This document shows, piece by piece, positions 1-8,969 of a stretch of 32,000 nucleotides of DNA. Each line of letters begins with the position of its first letter. Position 1 is the first letter of the stretch. Source of the DNA: Synechococcus sp. A15-28 (GTDB lineage Bacteria > Cyanobacteriota > Cyanobacteriia > PCC-6307 > Cyanobiaceae). Position numbers and translations under genes: made by a program. Location: assembly GCF_014280175.1 (NCBI RefSeq), contig NZ_CP047931.1, forward strand, positions 150,001-182,000. Direction: 5' to 3'. The notes under the pieces were generated by a model. The model saw only the letters and a program-made list of their open reading frames with translations, did no database searches and was not told where the DNA came from.

Positions 1-162
1 TCTTCAACAAATCATTACTCTAGTATTCATACTCAAATTCTTCCTAATAGCCCTCAATTCATTGAAGTTATTGTGTCACCTGATGAGTATATTGGTCCCA
101 GGCTTATGCCCTCCGATAGCATTGATGATGAACACCTTAATATGTATCCCTATCTTAATTAA
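1..162 (+). CDS. 3' end of an unidentified CDS (partial, continues beyond left edge)
   Basis: Frame 1 is open from base 1 for 53 codons (...DEHLNMYPYLN) up to TAA at 160-162. This is AT-rich DNA where stop codons are frequent. No recognisable motif. Confidence 0.3.
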   Translation, partial: SSTNHYSSIHTQILPNSPQFIEVIVSPDEYIGPRLMPSDSIDDEHLNMYPYLN

Positions 163-178
163 ATTTTTTTAGATACCA

Positions 179-1306
179 ATGAAGCTGATTTTTCATCAAT
201 GCGAAAAACCGTTAGTTCAGTCAATGAAGATATCTCGCGGTGGGTTTCAATCGCGAATTCACAACATATTTGAGTTAAGATTAAATAATCGATCTTTTTA
301 CTCAGAAGTTATAGGTGATTCCTCTCTCATAAAATACCTAGTCTCGAAGCTTTCTGCATACATTAAGGCTTATAATCCTCTCGACGTCAGTGCTCTGTTT
401 GAATGTATTGCTAGCTGGCCAAATACTTTTGTTTATTTAGAGTCTGCCAGCAGCATTCACTCCATAATATGCGCATTTGATTGGCTTTACTGTGTTTATT
501 CTTCATATTCGCAGAATATATCCTTATATGAGTATTTAGGTCTTCCCATAGCTACCTCAAACCAATGCCCTATATATGCCTCTAACTTTTATATGTATGA
601 TGATATGAGTGACTTTGAATCTCAATTCTCTGGGTTTGATTTTTCAAAAACGAATAATATAAAAGTTCATTTAGGAGCAAATGCAATCGAAGACGAGTCT
701 GATTTCTATCTAGTGCTTGAGAGATATATGCATCGCGCTGATTCTATAATGATTGATTACAATTGTGGATATAACCTATCAGCGCTTGTTGACATTCAAA
801 ATGTATTGCTTCGATATCCTAATTTGTCTAATAAGTTATTATGGGTAGAAGAACCTACTCACCCCAATTTCTCTAAATATTGGAAAGACCTGTTATTTTT
901 TGAATGTGCGGCAGGCGAGAATCATCATGGTGTTGAAAGTCTTTTTCAGTTGACTAATTGTAATGTAAAATACATCATGCCTGATCTTGGAAGAACTTTA
1001 AAAGTATCTGAGCTTCCATCTCTAATAAAGAGACTTGAAAAGTCAGATTCATCTATTTCCTTTCATAGTTTTTCAAGTGGTTTCTTGTCTTACATTACAT
1101 TATATCTAACATTGTCTCTTGATACGAAGCATCAAATGTTTGAATATGACTTTTCTGATAACGCTTTGCTCGATGAGATTCTTCTTGATTCCTTCCAAAT
1201 TAAAGACGGCTATGTAACACTTAATAGCTCAGTCTTATTTGATTTGAATTTACCTTCTACACTAGATGGTTGGTATACTACTAGTATCGAACTTTTTGAA
1301 GCATGA
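179..1306 (+). CDS. enolase-superfamily (mandelate racemase / muconate lactonizing enzyme-like) protein
   Basis: The order of barrel-domain motifs matches the MR/MLE metal-ligand and catalytic pattern: IKVHLG, MIDYNCGY, LWVEEP, AAGEN, IMPDLGR. The stop overlaps the next start (ATGA at 1303-1306). Confidence 0.5.
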   Translation: MKLIFHQCEKPLVQSMKISRGGFQSRIHNIFELRLNNRSFYSEVIGDSSLIKYLVSKLSAYIKAYNPLDVSALFECIASWPNTFVYLESASSIHSIICAFDWLYCVYSSYSQNISLYEYLGLPIATSNQCPIYASNFYMYDDMSDFESQFSGFDFSKTNNIKVHLGANAIEDESDFYLVLERYMHRADSIMIDYNCGYNLSALVDIQNVLLRYPNLSNKLLWVEEPTHPNFSKYWKDLLFFECAAGENHHGVESLFQLTNCNVKYIMPDLGRTLKVSELPSLIKRLEKSDSSISFHSFSSGFLSYITLYLTLSLDTKHQMFEYDFSDNALLDEILLDSFQIKDGYVTLNSSVLFDLNLPSTLDGWYTTSIELFEA

Positions 1307-2010
1307 AACCAATTGATCTTAACTCATTGAAGAACTATCTAGACTTAGGGTATTTTTCTTCTTCACCTGGTACTAGACGCAGTATCAAAAGAAATATAGC
1401 CAACAAAATGCGAGCATGGGAGCTTTCGTATGATTACTATGATGGAGATAGAGATGACGGGTATGGTGGTTTTACCTTTGATGATAGATGGAATGCTTAT
1501 CTGCATAAACTGTTTATATCTACCAATCTAATCTCATCAGCTAACCCGAATCTTTCTGTATTAGATGTTGGCTGCAAAAAGGGATTTTTATTGCAATCTT
1601 TAAGGAAATTGTACCCTAATGTCTATTCCGTTGGAGTTGAAAATCATAGATATCCATTAAGTGTTGCTGACTCTTCGATAAAGTCGAGGCTGCTTTTGTC
1701 TGAATATTATAATCTTCCATTTGAGGATCATTGCTTTGATCTCGTTATTGCATTCTCCTCCATCTACATGTATAATTTAAAAGGTGTGATTAATTCAATA
1801 CGTGAGATTCAGCGCGTCTCCTCTAATACCTCTTATATCTCTTTGGCTGCTTATAATCATGACTGGGAAAAAGATATCTTCATGAATTGGACACTTCTAG
1901 GAACAACTTGCCTCCATATTTCTGAGTGGCTTGATATATTTAACGATTTAAATTACACCGGTTATTACGTCTTTACTACTCCTACACTTTTGGGTTTTTC
2001 AAATGATTGA
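1303..2010 (+). CDS. class I SAM-dependent methyltransferase
   Basis: Motif I is VLDVGCKKGFLLQSL. It is followed by VGVENH and the post-II/IV segment LPFEDHCFDLVIAFSS. There is an 8-nt overlap with the next ORF. Confidence 0.7.
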   Translation: MKPIDLNSLKNYLDLGYFSSSPGTRRSIKRNIANKMRAWELSYDYYDGDRDDGYGGFTFDDRWNAYLHKLFISTNLISSANPNLSVLDVGCKKGFLLQSLRKLYPNVYSVGVENHRYPLSVADSSIKSRLLLSEYYNLPFEDHCFDLVIAFSSIYMYNLKGVINSIREIQRVSSNTSYISLAAYNHDWEKDIFMNWTLLGTTCLHISEWLDIFNDLNYTGYYVFTTPTLLGFSND

Positions 2011-2788
2011 TAAATCAGCTCCCAATGTTTCTAGTAGTGACTCCCTAGCCAAAAGATCTTGTGTAAAAAAGCCGTGGGGATATGAGTTCGAATATTTTGA
2101 AAACACTGATGTCTCTATTTGGGTACTTTGCATGGGTTATATGCATAAGAGTGGATACCTAATGGATGACAGCAAGACTTCATTTCATATGCATGAACAT
2201 AAAAGCTCAACTGTATTATGTATAGATGGTGCTATAATGGTTGAAACATTCTCGGGAGCAAATATACTTCGTCCTTTTGAGTCAACTAAGGTTTCAAGTA
2301 AGGAATTTCACCGTGTTTCTTCGTATCTAAATTACGGAATTGCTCTTGAAATTGAGTCTCCTAATGACCGCAACGATATTGCGCGATTATTCGATAGTCA
2401 CGGACGTGTAAATAAGGGATACGATTGGAACCACTCTGATCTTTCTGATTTATCTATATTAAAGTCAGAAGTCGATTTTTCGAACAATTTCCCTAATCTT
2501 ACTTTGATTGATGCTGAAACTGGTGTTAGTTCTTTGCAAATTTATAATAAGAATAATACAACATACATAACAGGTGTCTCTGTTGACCAATTAGTTCAAA
2601 CTTATGATTCAGGATCTGTATTTATCTGCACTGAAGGCAAGTTAATTGACAAAAACAACAAAACTATTTTACTTCCGTCTTCTGTTTATGTAGTCGAAAA
2701 TCTTGCTATGCTATCAGAAAGATTTTTTGCTCATAATCATGGTTTAGCAAATCTAAGTGGCTTCATTGTTACTAGTTATGCAGCTTGA
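2003..2788 (+). CDS. cupin-domain protein (sugar isomerase/epimerase-like N-terminal cupin, unknown C-terminal half)
   Basis: KKPWGYE followed by SFHMHEHKSSTVLCIDG resembles cupin motif 1, and FHRV lies downstream. The last ~130 aa have no motif I recognise. The 3' end overlaps the convergent gene by 13 nt. Confidence 0.5.
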   Translation: MIDKSAPNVSSSDSLAKRSCVKKPWGYEFEYFENTDVSIWVLCMGYMHKSGYLMDDSKTSFHMHEHKSSTVLCIDGAIMVETFSGANILRPFESTKVSSKEFHRVSSYLNYGIALEIESPNDRNDIARLFDSHGRVNKGYDWNHSDLSDLSILKSEVDFSNNFPNLTLIDAETGVSSLQIYNKNNTTYITGVSVDQLVQTYDSGSVFICTEGKLIDKNNKTILLPSSVYVVENLAMLSERFFAHNHGLANLSGFIVTSYAA

Positions 2789-3591
2789 AGTGTTTTTCTT
2801 TTCTTTACGCAATCACTATCATTTGTATATAATCCTAAAAACCACCTAATATCTCCTCCTTTACCTTGTATTTTATTTACGCCATGTATTATCCTGGCTG
2901 AACCAACTCCCATGTCACCTGGTAAAAATAGACCCTCAAGTTCCTGCTGTTCTTTTTTTGAATTTAGCGCCCAAAATCCACCCCCCATAAAGTCATGTCC
3001 CTGTTTTGACAAATAACCTGAAATAAACAATCTTTGGTTGTGGTCAGGGTCTTGATGCGCTGGCAAATAACCACTGTTTGCATGGTATTGAACAACTTGA
3101 ATACGATCAACATAACCCTCCTCAGGCTTTGAATGTTCAGCAAAGTCTTCACTCCTGCCTCCCAATACTTTATAGAGCCTCCAACGTCTATTGATTAATG
3201 CAAATAGTTCCTTTTGATCATTCCATGGGAAAAAGTACGCTGCTTGCTTTACAATTGGTACTGAATATTTCTTGGCAATTTCCGGTGTAATATTTCTCCA
3301 GTAATCTGGAATCAATCTATCCATTTTATAGAAAGTACTTTCTGTTTTCTCCTGAAGATTAAGCATTGACTCTTTTATGAAATATATCTCTTCTTTGCTA
3401 AAACAACTTCTAATCACTAGAAATGCGCCTGTAGACAGTTCTTCTACTAAAGACGTAAACATATTCGCACCCTCTGCAACTACTGTTTCTAACTCATGAA
3501 AGTCTATCTCCACTATCTTAGAGAAATGCTTACATTCGAGATTTCTATCGGCTTCGTCCCAGATTATTTTGGCTTTTGCAAAATTGTCCAT
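2776..3591 (-). CDS. Fe(II)/2-oxoglutarate-dependent oxygenase-like protein
   Basis: HxD...H facial-triad arrangement: PAHQDPD (H179, D181) and a distal IIHGV (H236). It starts 3 nt downstream of the radical SAM gene. Confidence 0.5.
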   Translation of the reverse strand: MDNFAKAKIIWDEADRNLECKHFSKIVEIDFHELETVVAEGANMFTSLVEELSTGAFLVIRSCFSKEEIYFIKESMLNLQEKTESTFYKMDRLIPDYWRNITPEIAKKYSVPIVKQAAYFFPWNDQKELFALINRRWRLYKVLGGRSEDFAEHSKPEEGYVDRIQVVQYHANSGYLPAHQDPDHNQRLFISGYLSKQGHDFMGGGFWALNSKKEQQELEGLFLPGDMGVGSARIIHGVNKIQGKGGDIRWFLGLYTNDSDCVKKRKTLQAA

Positions 3592-3594
3592 TGG

Positions 3595-4728
3595 TTAAAT
3601 AAAGTTTTTGTGCAATACGTTACCCTCTATAATATCATACAAATATCGGTTTGGTTCGTCCATTCTGCATGTTCTTCTGCAGTCATTAAGGTCAAGCTTC
3701 GTTTGAACATATTCAAGGCACTTTTGTCTCTCAGGAGACTTCCAAATGTTTTCGATTTTTTCTTCTTTAACGTTTCCTAATTTAAAGTTTTCATTTCCAA
3801 CGTGTGCACCACAACCATACACTGAACCATCCCCTGATATGTAGAACCATAAGGCTGGCGTACTCCAGCAAGTTTTGTATCTTTCTACTTCTCCTCGCAA
3901 TTTTTCTAATGCATTAAATCGACTAACAAAATTAAAATCTTTTACATTTTTGTATTTTTCACTAAGAGACTGAACTGTGTCTCTATAGAGAGCTGATGAA
4001 TAATCGAGCGAATTCTTATAACCTTCTTGCTTCATATATACATTATGTACGTATGGTTTTAGTACCACATAGTCGACGCCATGATCAATAGCTCTCTCAC
4101 AGAGCTCATCAAGAGTATCAATATTATCAGGCAGTAGCAATGATTGTATGCCTAAAGCACATTTATTTGTATTTCTGTTGTCCCTTCTGTGTGAAACTAA
4201 ATTATCAATATTTTCCCAAACTTTGTTAAAGTCTTCTTTGCGTGTTCTATGTATAGCTTCATAGCTATTTTCATTGCCTGCATTCATGGAAATTTTGATC
4301 CATGAGACATTGTGAATTGCTTTTCTAATGAATTCACTATTTAAATAAACTCCATTAGTCGTAAAGGATGTATCTATTCCATTCGATGCTGCATCATTTA
4401 CTATATCTGAGATCTCCTTATTGAGTAAAGGCTCTCCGTCACCAGCAAACATTACTGATTTTAATCCTATGTTACGTGCTGAATCAAAAAACTCTTTTAG
4501 GAGGCTCCTATTCAAAAATATTGGTTTATAGCCAATATAATCAACAGAACAAAATGTGCATCTATGATTGCATGATCCAGAACTCGATATTTCTGCATAT
4601 ATTGGTTTCAGCTCCTTGTGTTTGTTCCAATCATCTTTGGCGTCTATTAACGCACTGACTCTATCGGGATGATAATGAAGCTTATGCGTGTCAATCCGAA
4701 ATTTGTCCATGAATTTTTTTTTTATCAT
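3595..4728 (-). CDS. radical SAM protein with Cys-rich (SPASM/twitch-like) C-terminal region
   Basis: CNHRCTFC (CX3CX2C) is encoded at 4549-4572, followed by the MFAGDGEPLLN glycine-rich SAM motif. The C-terminus carries extra cysteines (CWST...YGCG...DCRRTC). Confidence 0.85.
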   Translation of the reverse strand: MIKKKFMDKFRIDTHKLHYHPDRVSALIDAKDDWNKHKELKPIYAEISSSGSCNHRCTFCSVDYIGYKPIFLNRSLLKEFFDSARNIGLKSVMFAGDGEPLLNKEISDIVNDAASNGIDTSFTTNGVYLNSEFIRKAIHNVSWIKISMNAGNENSYEAIHRTRKEDFNKVWENIDNLVSHRRDNRNTNKCALGIQSLLLPDNIDTLDELCERAIDHGVDYVVLKPYVHNVYMKQEGYKNSLDYSSALYRDTVQSLSEKYKNVKDFNFVSRFNALEKLRGEVERYKTCWSTPALWFYISGDGSVYGCGAHVGNENFKLGNVKEEKIENIWKSPERQKCLEYVQTKLDLNDCRRTCRMDEPNRYLYDIIEGNVLHKNFI

Positions 4729-4807
4729 ACCATGCCTTGCTTGCAGGCTAATGTGAGCGAAGCCTTCATTAATAATTAGTAGATTCTTATCAACTAATGA
4801 CTTCTAC

Positions 4808-5794
4808 TTATTTTTTGTGTGAGTACTCCCAACTCATCTTTATCAGGCTATTTAGGTTTTCTCTTACCCAGATTATTGTTTTGTCTATACCAGCTTCTAG
4901 GTTGCATTCATCTTTCCATTCCATTTCAATTCTTAGTTTGTCTGTTTTCAACAAATATGTGTCGTCTTTCCCTAATCTCTCGTCAGTCACTTCAACACAT
5001 TTTTCGAAACTACCCCCAGTTCTCTTGAATATTCTCATTACTAGCTCTTTGATGGATATAATTTCGTTGGTTGATATATGCCATATTGACCCCGGATTGG
5101 CTCTTTCCATAATTAACCTTGTAGCTCTGACTGTGTCGTCAATATATACAAATGATCTTTTTGATTTCCCCCCTCCGTGTAGTTGCATACGCGCTCCTGT
5201 TAAAGAACATAGTATTGCTTTAGGCATAATCCTATATAACTGTTGGCCTGGTCCATATACATTCGCTGCTCTTGTAAAAACAACTGGAAAGTTATATGCA
5301 TTTAAAAAGCTCTTTAGATGTAAATCGCACGCAGCTCTACTTACTGCATAGGGTGTAGAAGGCTTGTAATTTTCGTTTTCTTTTTGCCATTTTCCTTCAC
5401 TGCTGCCATATACTTCGGGAGTGCTTATATGAACGTACTTCTCAAGACCCTCTGTTTGCCTCAAGATATCATGCAATTTAACTTGTGCTACAACATTTGT
5501 TTGATACCAATCTTCTGGGGTTCGCCAACTTTGTGCCACCATTCCTTGAGAAGCAAAATTTACTACATACTCTGGCTTATACTTATTAATTATATTTTTA
5601 AGAATCTCCTCATCATGATTTAGGTTGACCTGTTCAAAGACTATATCTTTTTTATCCCATTTGTAGGGTAAAAATTCTATGGGTGGCTCTGCTGACCTAC
5701 TTATTCCAATTACATTATATCCTCTTTTAATGCATTCCCTGCAGTAGTGTGCCCCCGTGAAGCTATTGCTTCCAATGACTAAAATAGTTTTCAT
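4808..5794 (-). CDS. NAD(P)-dependent sugar epimerase/dehydratase (extended SDR family)
   Basis: N-terminal Rossmann motif ILVIGSNSFTGAHY, then HISTPEVYG, and a catalytic segment PYAVSRAA (YxxxR rather than YxxxK). It abuts the upstream gene with 0-nt spacing. Confidence 0.8.
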   Translation of the reverse strand: MKTILVIGSNSFTGAHYCRECIKRGYNVIGISRSAEPPIEFLPYKWDKKDIVFEQVNLNHDEEILKNIINKYKPEYVVNFASQGMVAQSWRTPEDWYQTNVVAQVKLHDILRQTEGLEKYVHISTPEVYGSSEGKWQKENENYKPSTPYAVSRAACDLHLKSFLNAYNFPVVFTRAANVYGPGQQLYRIMPKAILCSLTGARMQLHGGGKSKRSFVYIDDTVRATRLIMERANPGSIWHISTNEIISIKELVMRIFKRTGGSFEKCVEVTDERLGKDDTYLLKTDKLRIEMEWKDECNLEAGIDKTIIWVRENLNSLIKMSWEYSHKK

Positions 5795-7255
5795 TCAGTC
5801 AAAAAACTCAGTTATTTTTGATTCTAGCTTTTTAATTGTAATTGGTACATTACCCATTGTTTCGACTGCTGTGCATGCAATAAATGTACCTATGAAGGCG
5901 ACTTTCATAATTGGCTGGCGCAGTGACAGGCCTATTGCCATTCCTGCGAGCAACGAGTCTCCTGCTCCAGTCACATCTACTGGTGTGACTGCCAAAGCTG
6001 GATATGCCTGCTTCACTGTCCTTCCATCATCTTGATTCTGATAAACGATAAAACCTTCTGCACCTATTTTCATTATCATATTTTTTGATCTGGTTACCTT
6101 CATTACTTCTAGGCTTAGTTGCTCTAAATTAATATCTTTTTTTTGCAATGCCACCTTGGCTTCTCTTTCATTTGGACATATTAGTTCTGCCCCCCTATAT
6201 TTAGTTATCGATCCAACTTGCGAGCTACATTGTAGATCTGCAAAGATTGGTATACCTTTCTTCGTTGCTAAACTCTCTATTGTATCTTTTACTTTGTCAG
6301 TAATTACTCCATAAACAAAGTCTGAGATAACAATTCCGTCATGTGTTTTTATTTTTTCCTCTAGTTCTTCAATGACTTTTCTCTCAACTTCTGAATCAAC
6401 ATCTTTTTCATCCAACTTGCTTACTCTAAATAGTTTTTGACCATCAACAACGTATCTTTTCTTTACTGTCGTTGGTCTGCGCTTATCTTTAATCAGCGAA
6501 CAATTAATGTTTAACGAGTTCAGTTCACTTCTTATCCATTCAGAGGCTTCATCGTCCCCTGTTACAGATATGTATGAGCATTTTGCACCTAATGCACTTA
6601 TATGACTAGCAACAATACTTGCCCCACCTACGAATTTTTTTTCTTCTATTTCTTTTACAACAACTACCGGAGCTTCCGCACTTAGTCCCAGTGCTTCACA
6701 CACAGAATATTCATCAACTATTGTATCTCCAATAACAAGAATATTCGCATTTTTCCAGTTTTCTAAAAGTTCGTTGATATCCGATTTTTGTATTGATCTC
6801 TTTTCACATATCTCCTTTATTGCTTTTAATTTTTTTTCTTTTCTTTCTTGCTCTGTTTTGGTTAATAAATCATGAGCATCATTGACTTGATCCGTTACAT
6901 GATATAAAACTTTTCTCCCTTCACAGACTTGGAGATCAATAGCCTCATGGATTCTTATATCGTTAGTGTTTTTGTGTTCGATGCCTAGTACTAGGAAATC
7001 AGGTTTTAGATCTTTAATTGCAGCCGCTAAATCTTTGTTTGCTAGTGATATTAACTCCTCATTTGTCGTAAATCTTCTGAGTGATTCTATTCTTTCTTCT
7101 TGAGAATAGGGATATATCGGATTACCTTTATTGTCTCTTTCATCGCCTGCTACTGCTATTATTACTTTTTCTCCTTGTTTCTTCGCGTATCCTAGATATC
7201 GAAGATGCCCAGGATGTATGGAACTGAAGTGTCCATATGTTAAAACTGTAACCAT
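5795..7255 (-). CDS. bifunctional cytidylyltransferase-like (HxGH) domain / PfkB-family heptose 7-phosphate kinase-like protein (HldE/RfaE-like, reversed domain order)
   Basis: N-terminal GHFSSIHPGH is encoded at 7205-7234. A K/E-rich linker follows. Then comes an RfaE-domain-I-like ILVIGDTIVDEY...SAEAPVVVV...GGASIVA and the PfkB signature DVTGAGDSLLAG, encoded at 5942-5977. Confidence 0.8.
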   Translation of the reverse strand: MVTVLTYGHFSSIHPGHLRYLGYAKKQGEKVIIAVAGDERDNKGNPIYPYSQEERIESLRRFTTNEELISLANKDLAAAIKDLKPDFLVLGIEHKNTNDIRIHEAIDLQVCEGRKVLYHVTDQVNDAHDLLTKTEQERKEKKLKAIKEICEKRSIQKSDINELLENWKNANILVIGDTIVDEYSVCEALGLSAEAPVVVVKEIEEKKFVGGASIVASHISALGAKCSYISVTGDDEASEWIRSELNSLNINCSLIKDKRRPTTVKKRYVVDGQKLFRVSKLDEKDVDSEVERKVIEELEEKIKTHDGIVISDFVYGVITDKVKDTIESLATKKGIPIFADLQCSSQVGSITKYRGAELICPNEREAKVALQKKDINLEQLSLEVMKVTRSKNMIMKIGAEGFIVYQNQDDGRTVKQAYPALAVTPVDVTGAGDSLLAGMAIGLSLRQPIMKVAFIGTFIACTAVETMGNVPITIKKLESKITEFFD

Positions 7256-7259
7256 TGTC

Positions 7260-7829
7260 TTATCCCTGCTTGCTTCTTATTAGTATTTCTTGCATGCAGA
7301 TATGCCCAACTATTAATTGCCAATCTTCGCTTATTTGCATGTCATTAACATCAAAGTGTATCGCTATATCTACTAAGTTTTTACATATTCCTCCATCATA
7401 TCCAAAAATTCCAATAGTCTTCATTTCTTTTTTCCTGCCCACTTCTATAGCATTAATTATATTTTTTGAATTGCCGCTACCGGAAAGTACTAACAGCATA
7501 TCACCTTTCATGCCTTTTCTTTCTACTTGATGGCTAAATATCTGTTCGTACCCCAAATCATTACCAAGGCATGTCAATATGGATGTATTACTTGCTAACG
7601 CTTCTACTTTGATTCCTCTCGAGTTCTTTGCATTTTTGCATGCGCCATAATGTAAATCGTTTGATATGTGAAGCGCATTAGCCGCGCTTCCTCCGTTTCC
7701 ACAAATATACACCACATTATTATTTTTTCTGCATTCATCTATTTCATTTATCAACTTAGTTATCTTTTCTTCAATGTCTCCAGGAGTACAACTTATTAAT
7801 CTCTGTAAGTAATTCTTTGCAAGCACCAT
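7260..7829 (-). CDS. gmhA: sedoheptulose 7-phosphate isomerase (phosphoheptose isomerase, SIS domain)
   Basis: 189 aa, typical GmhA length. ICGNGGSAANALHISNDL and VLSGSGNSKNIINAIE are typical GmhA/SIS motifs. Confidence 0.85.
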   Translation of the reverse strand: MVLAKNYLQRLISCTPGDIEEKITKLINEIDECRKNNNVVYICGNGGSAANALHISNDLHYGACKNAKNSRGIKVEALASNTSILTCLGNDLGYEQIFSHQVERKGMKGDMLLVLSGSGNSKNIINAIEVGRKKEMKTIGIFGYDGGICKNLVDIAIHFDVNDMQISEDWQLIVGHICMQEILIRSKQG

Positions 7830-7874
7830 GATACTTCAACATACCTGGGCACTCTACCATGGGCCGCACCCTCT

Positions 7875-8954
7875 CTACGTTAATCTCATTTCAATATTCT
7901 GTCTTATCATGTATTCGTATGTCTCATGATTACTTCTTTCATTAATCCATGTTTGGCCGGGACAACTATTGTATCGGTATAATCTTTGCGAACTATATGG
8001 GGTTACCCAGATTGCATCTGCATATAGCACATAATTAACATCTTTAGATAATATGCATACCTCGGATATGCCACCACCATTAATCTGATAATGTAAACGC
8101 GATTGACTAGCTGTAATTATTTCATCCATGAAATTACCTGAGTTTCCAAATAGCACAAGCTTATTTCTTGTATAGATACTGTTCAAGTAATCTCTACCTT
8201 CCTTGCATGTAAGTATGATTGTTTTTTGGCCATATTCATTATATAGGTTGGTTATCGTTTCCATTATTGCGAATGGATTGTTATTTTTTATTGGCCTCGC
8301 GCGATTGTATCTAAAGTTTGTTGTCATATATTCTCCTATAGTATTTTTCTTTCTGTACTTTTCTCTTAGTCTATCGCCAAATAAGTAATTCTCTTCATAT
8401 GCTTCTAGTCTCTTATGAAATAGTGCTGTAAGTAGTGAATACAATTCTCTTGTTAAGGTAAAAAAGTTTTTTACCTTTTTTTTGTCAACCCACTCTTCCT
8501 CTATCATGTTTGCTTGTACTAACTTTTCAAATAGTATTGTTCCCTCTAGGTTCTTAATAATTGTTTTCTCCCTCTCCAGTTCAGTCACTCTTATTATTTC
8601 AATATTTCTTCCCGCGAGAACTTCATCATTTATCTTCCCTATATTTTCATACACGGAAGCTCCCACTTTATCGGTTTTGTTAGTTTTATTTTCTTTCTCA
8701 TAACTCCATAGCCCAGATTTTTCTGCTTCGAAGATATAGATGTTTGTTACTACACCTAAGGCCTTTAATGTAGATATGCAATTTAATGCATGTATCAATT
8801 CACCGTATTTCGGCTTAACCCATTTGAGATCAATTATTGCATTTAAACCTTTGCCGTAGCTTCCCTTCTTGATTTTATTGGCAACATTTATTACCTCTCT
8901 GCTGTACATTGTACTCGCATTTACCAAAAACTTTTCTAATACTTTATTTCGCAT
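7875..8954 (-). CDS. hypothetical protein (orphan inside the heptose operon; weak GT-B-like C-terminal segment)
   Basis: A 359-codon ORF in AT-rich DNA, tightly packed between gmhA and the NTP-transferase gene. Only a weak LFGNSGN...INGGGISE resemblance to glycosyltransferase C-terminal domains. Confidence 0.5.
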   Translation of the reverse strand: MRNKVLEKFLVNASTMYSREVINVANKIKKGSYGKGLNAIIDLKWVKPKYGELIHALNCISTLKALGVVTNIYIFEAEKSGLWSYEKENKTNKTDKVGASVYENIGKINDEVLAGRNIEIIRVTELEREKTIIKNLEGTILFEKLVQANMIEEEWVDKKKVKNFFTLTRELYSLLTALFHKRLEAYEENYLFGDRLREKYRKKNTIGEYMTTNFRYNRARPIKNNNPFAIMETITNLYNEYGQKTIILTCKEGRDYLNSIYTRNKLVLFGNSGNFMDEIITASQSRLHYQINGGGISEVCILSKDVNYVLYADAIWVTPYSSQRLYRYNSCPGQTWINERSNHETYEYMIRQNIEMRLT

Positions 8955-8969
8955 TGCTTTCTGTCAAAT

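Noticed and set aside
3496-5623. Small plus-strand ORFs in island A (3496-3780, 4476-4658, 4797-5351, 4819-5028, 5384-5623; similarly 5757-6035, 7255-7530, 8203-8703, 8869-9057, 9422-9613)
   Set aside because: All are antisense to longer motif-bearing minus-strand genes. Their hydrophobic Phe/Leu/Ile/Ser-rich translations are what a T-rich strand yields by default.
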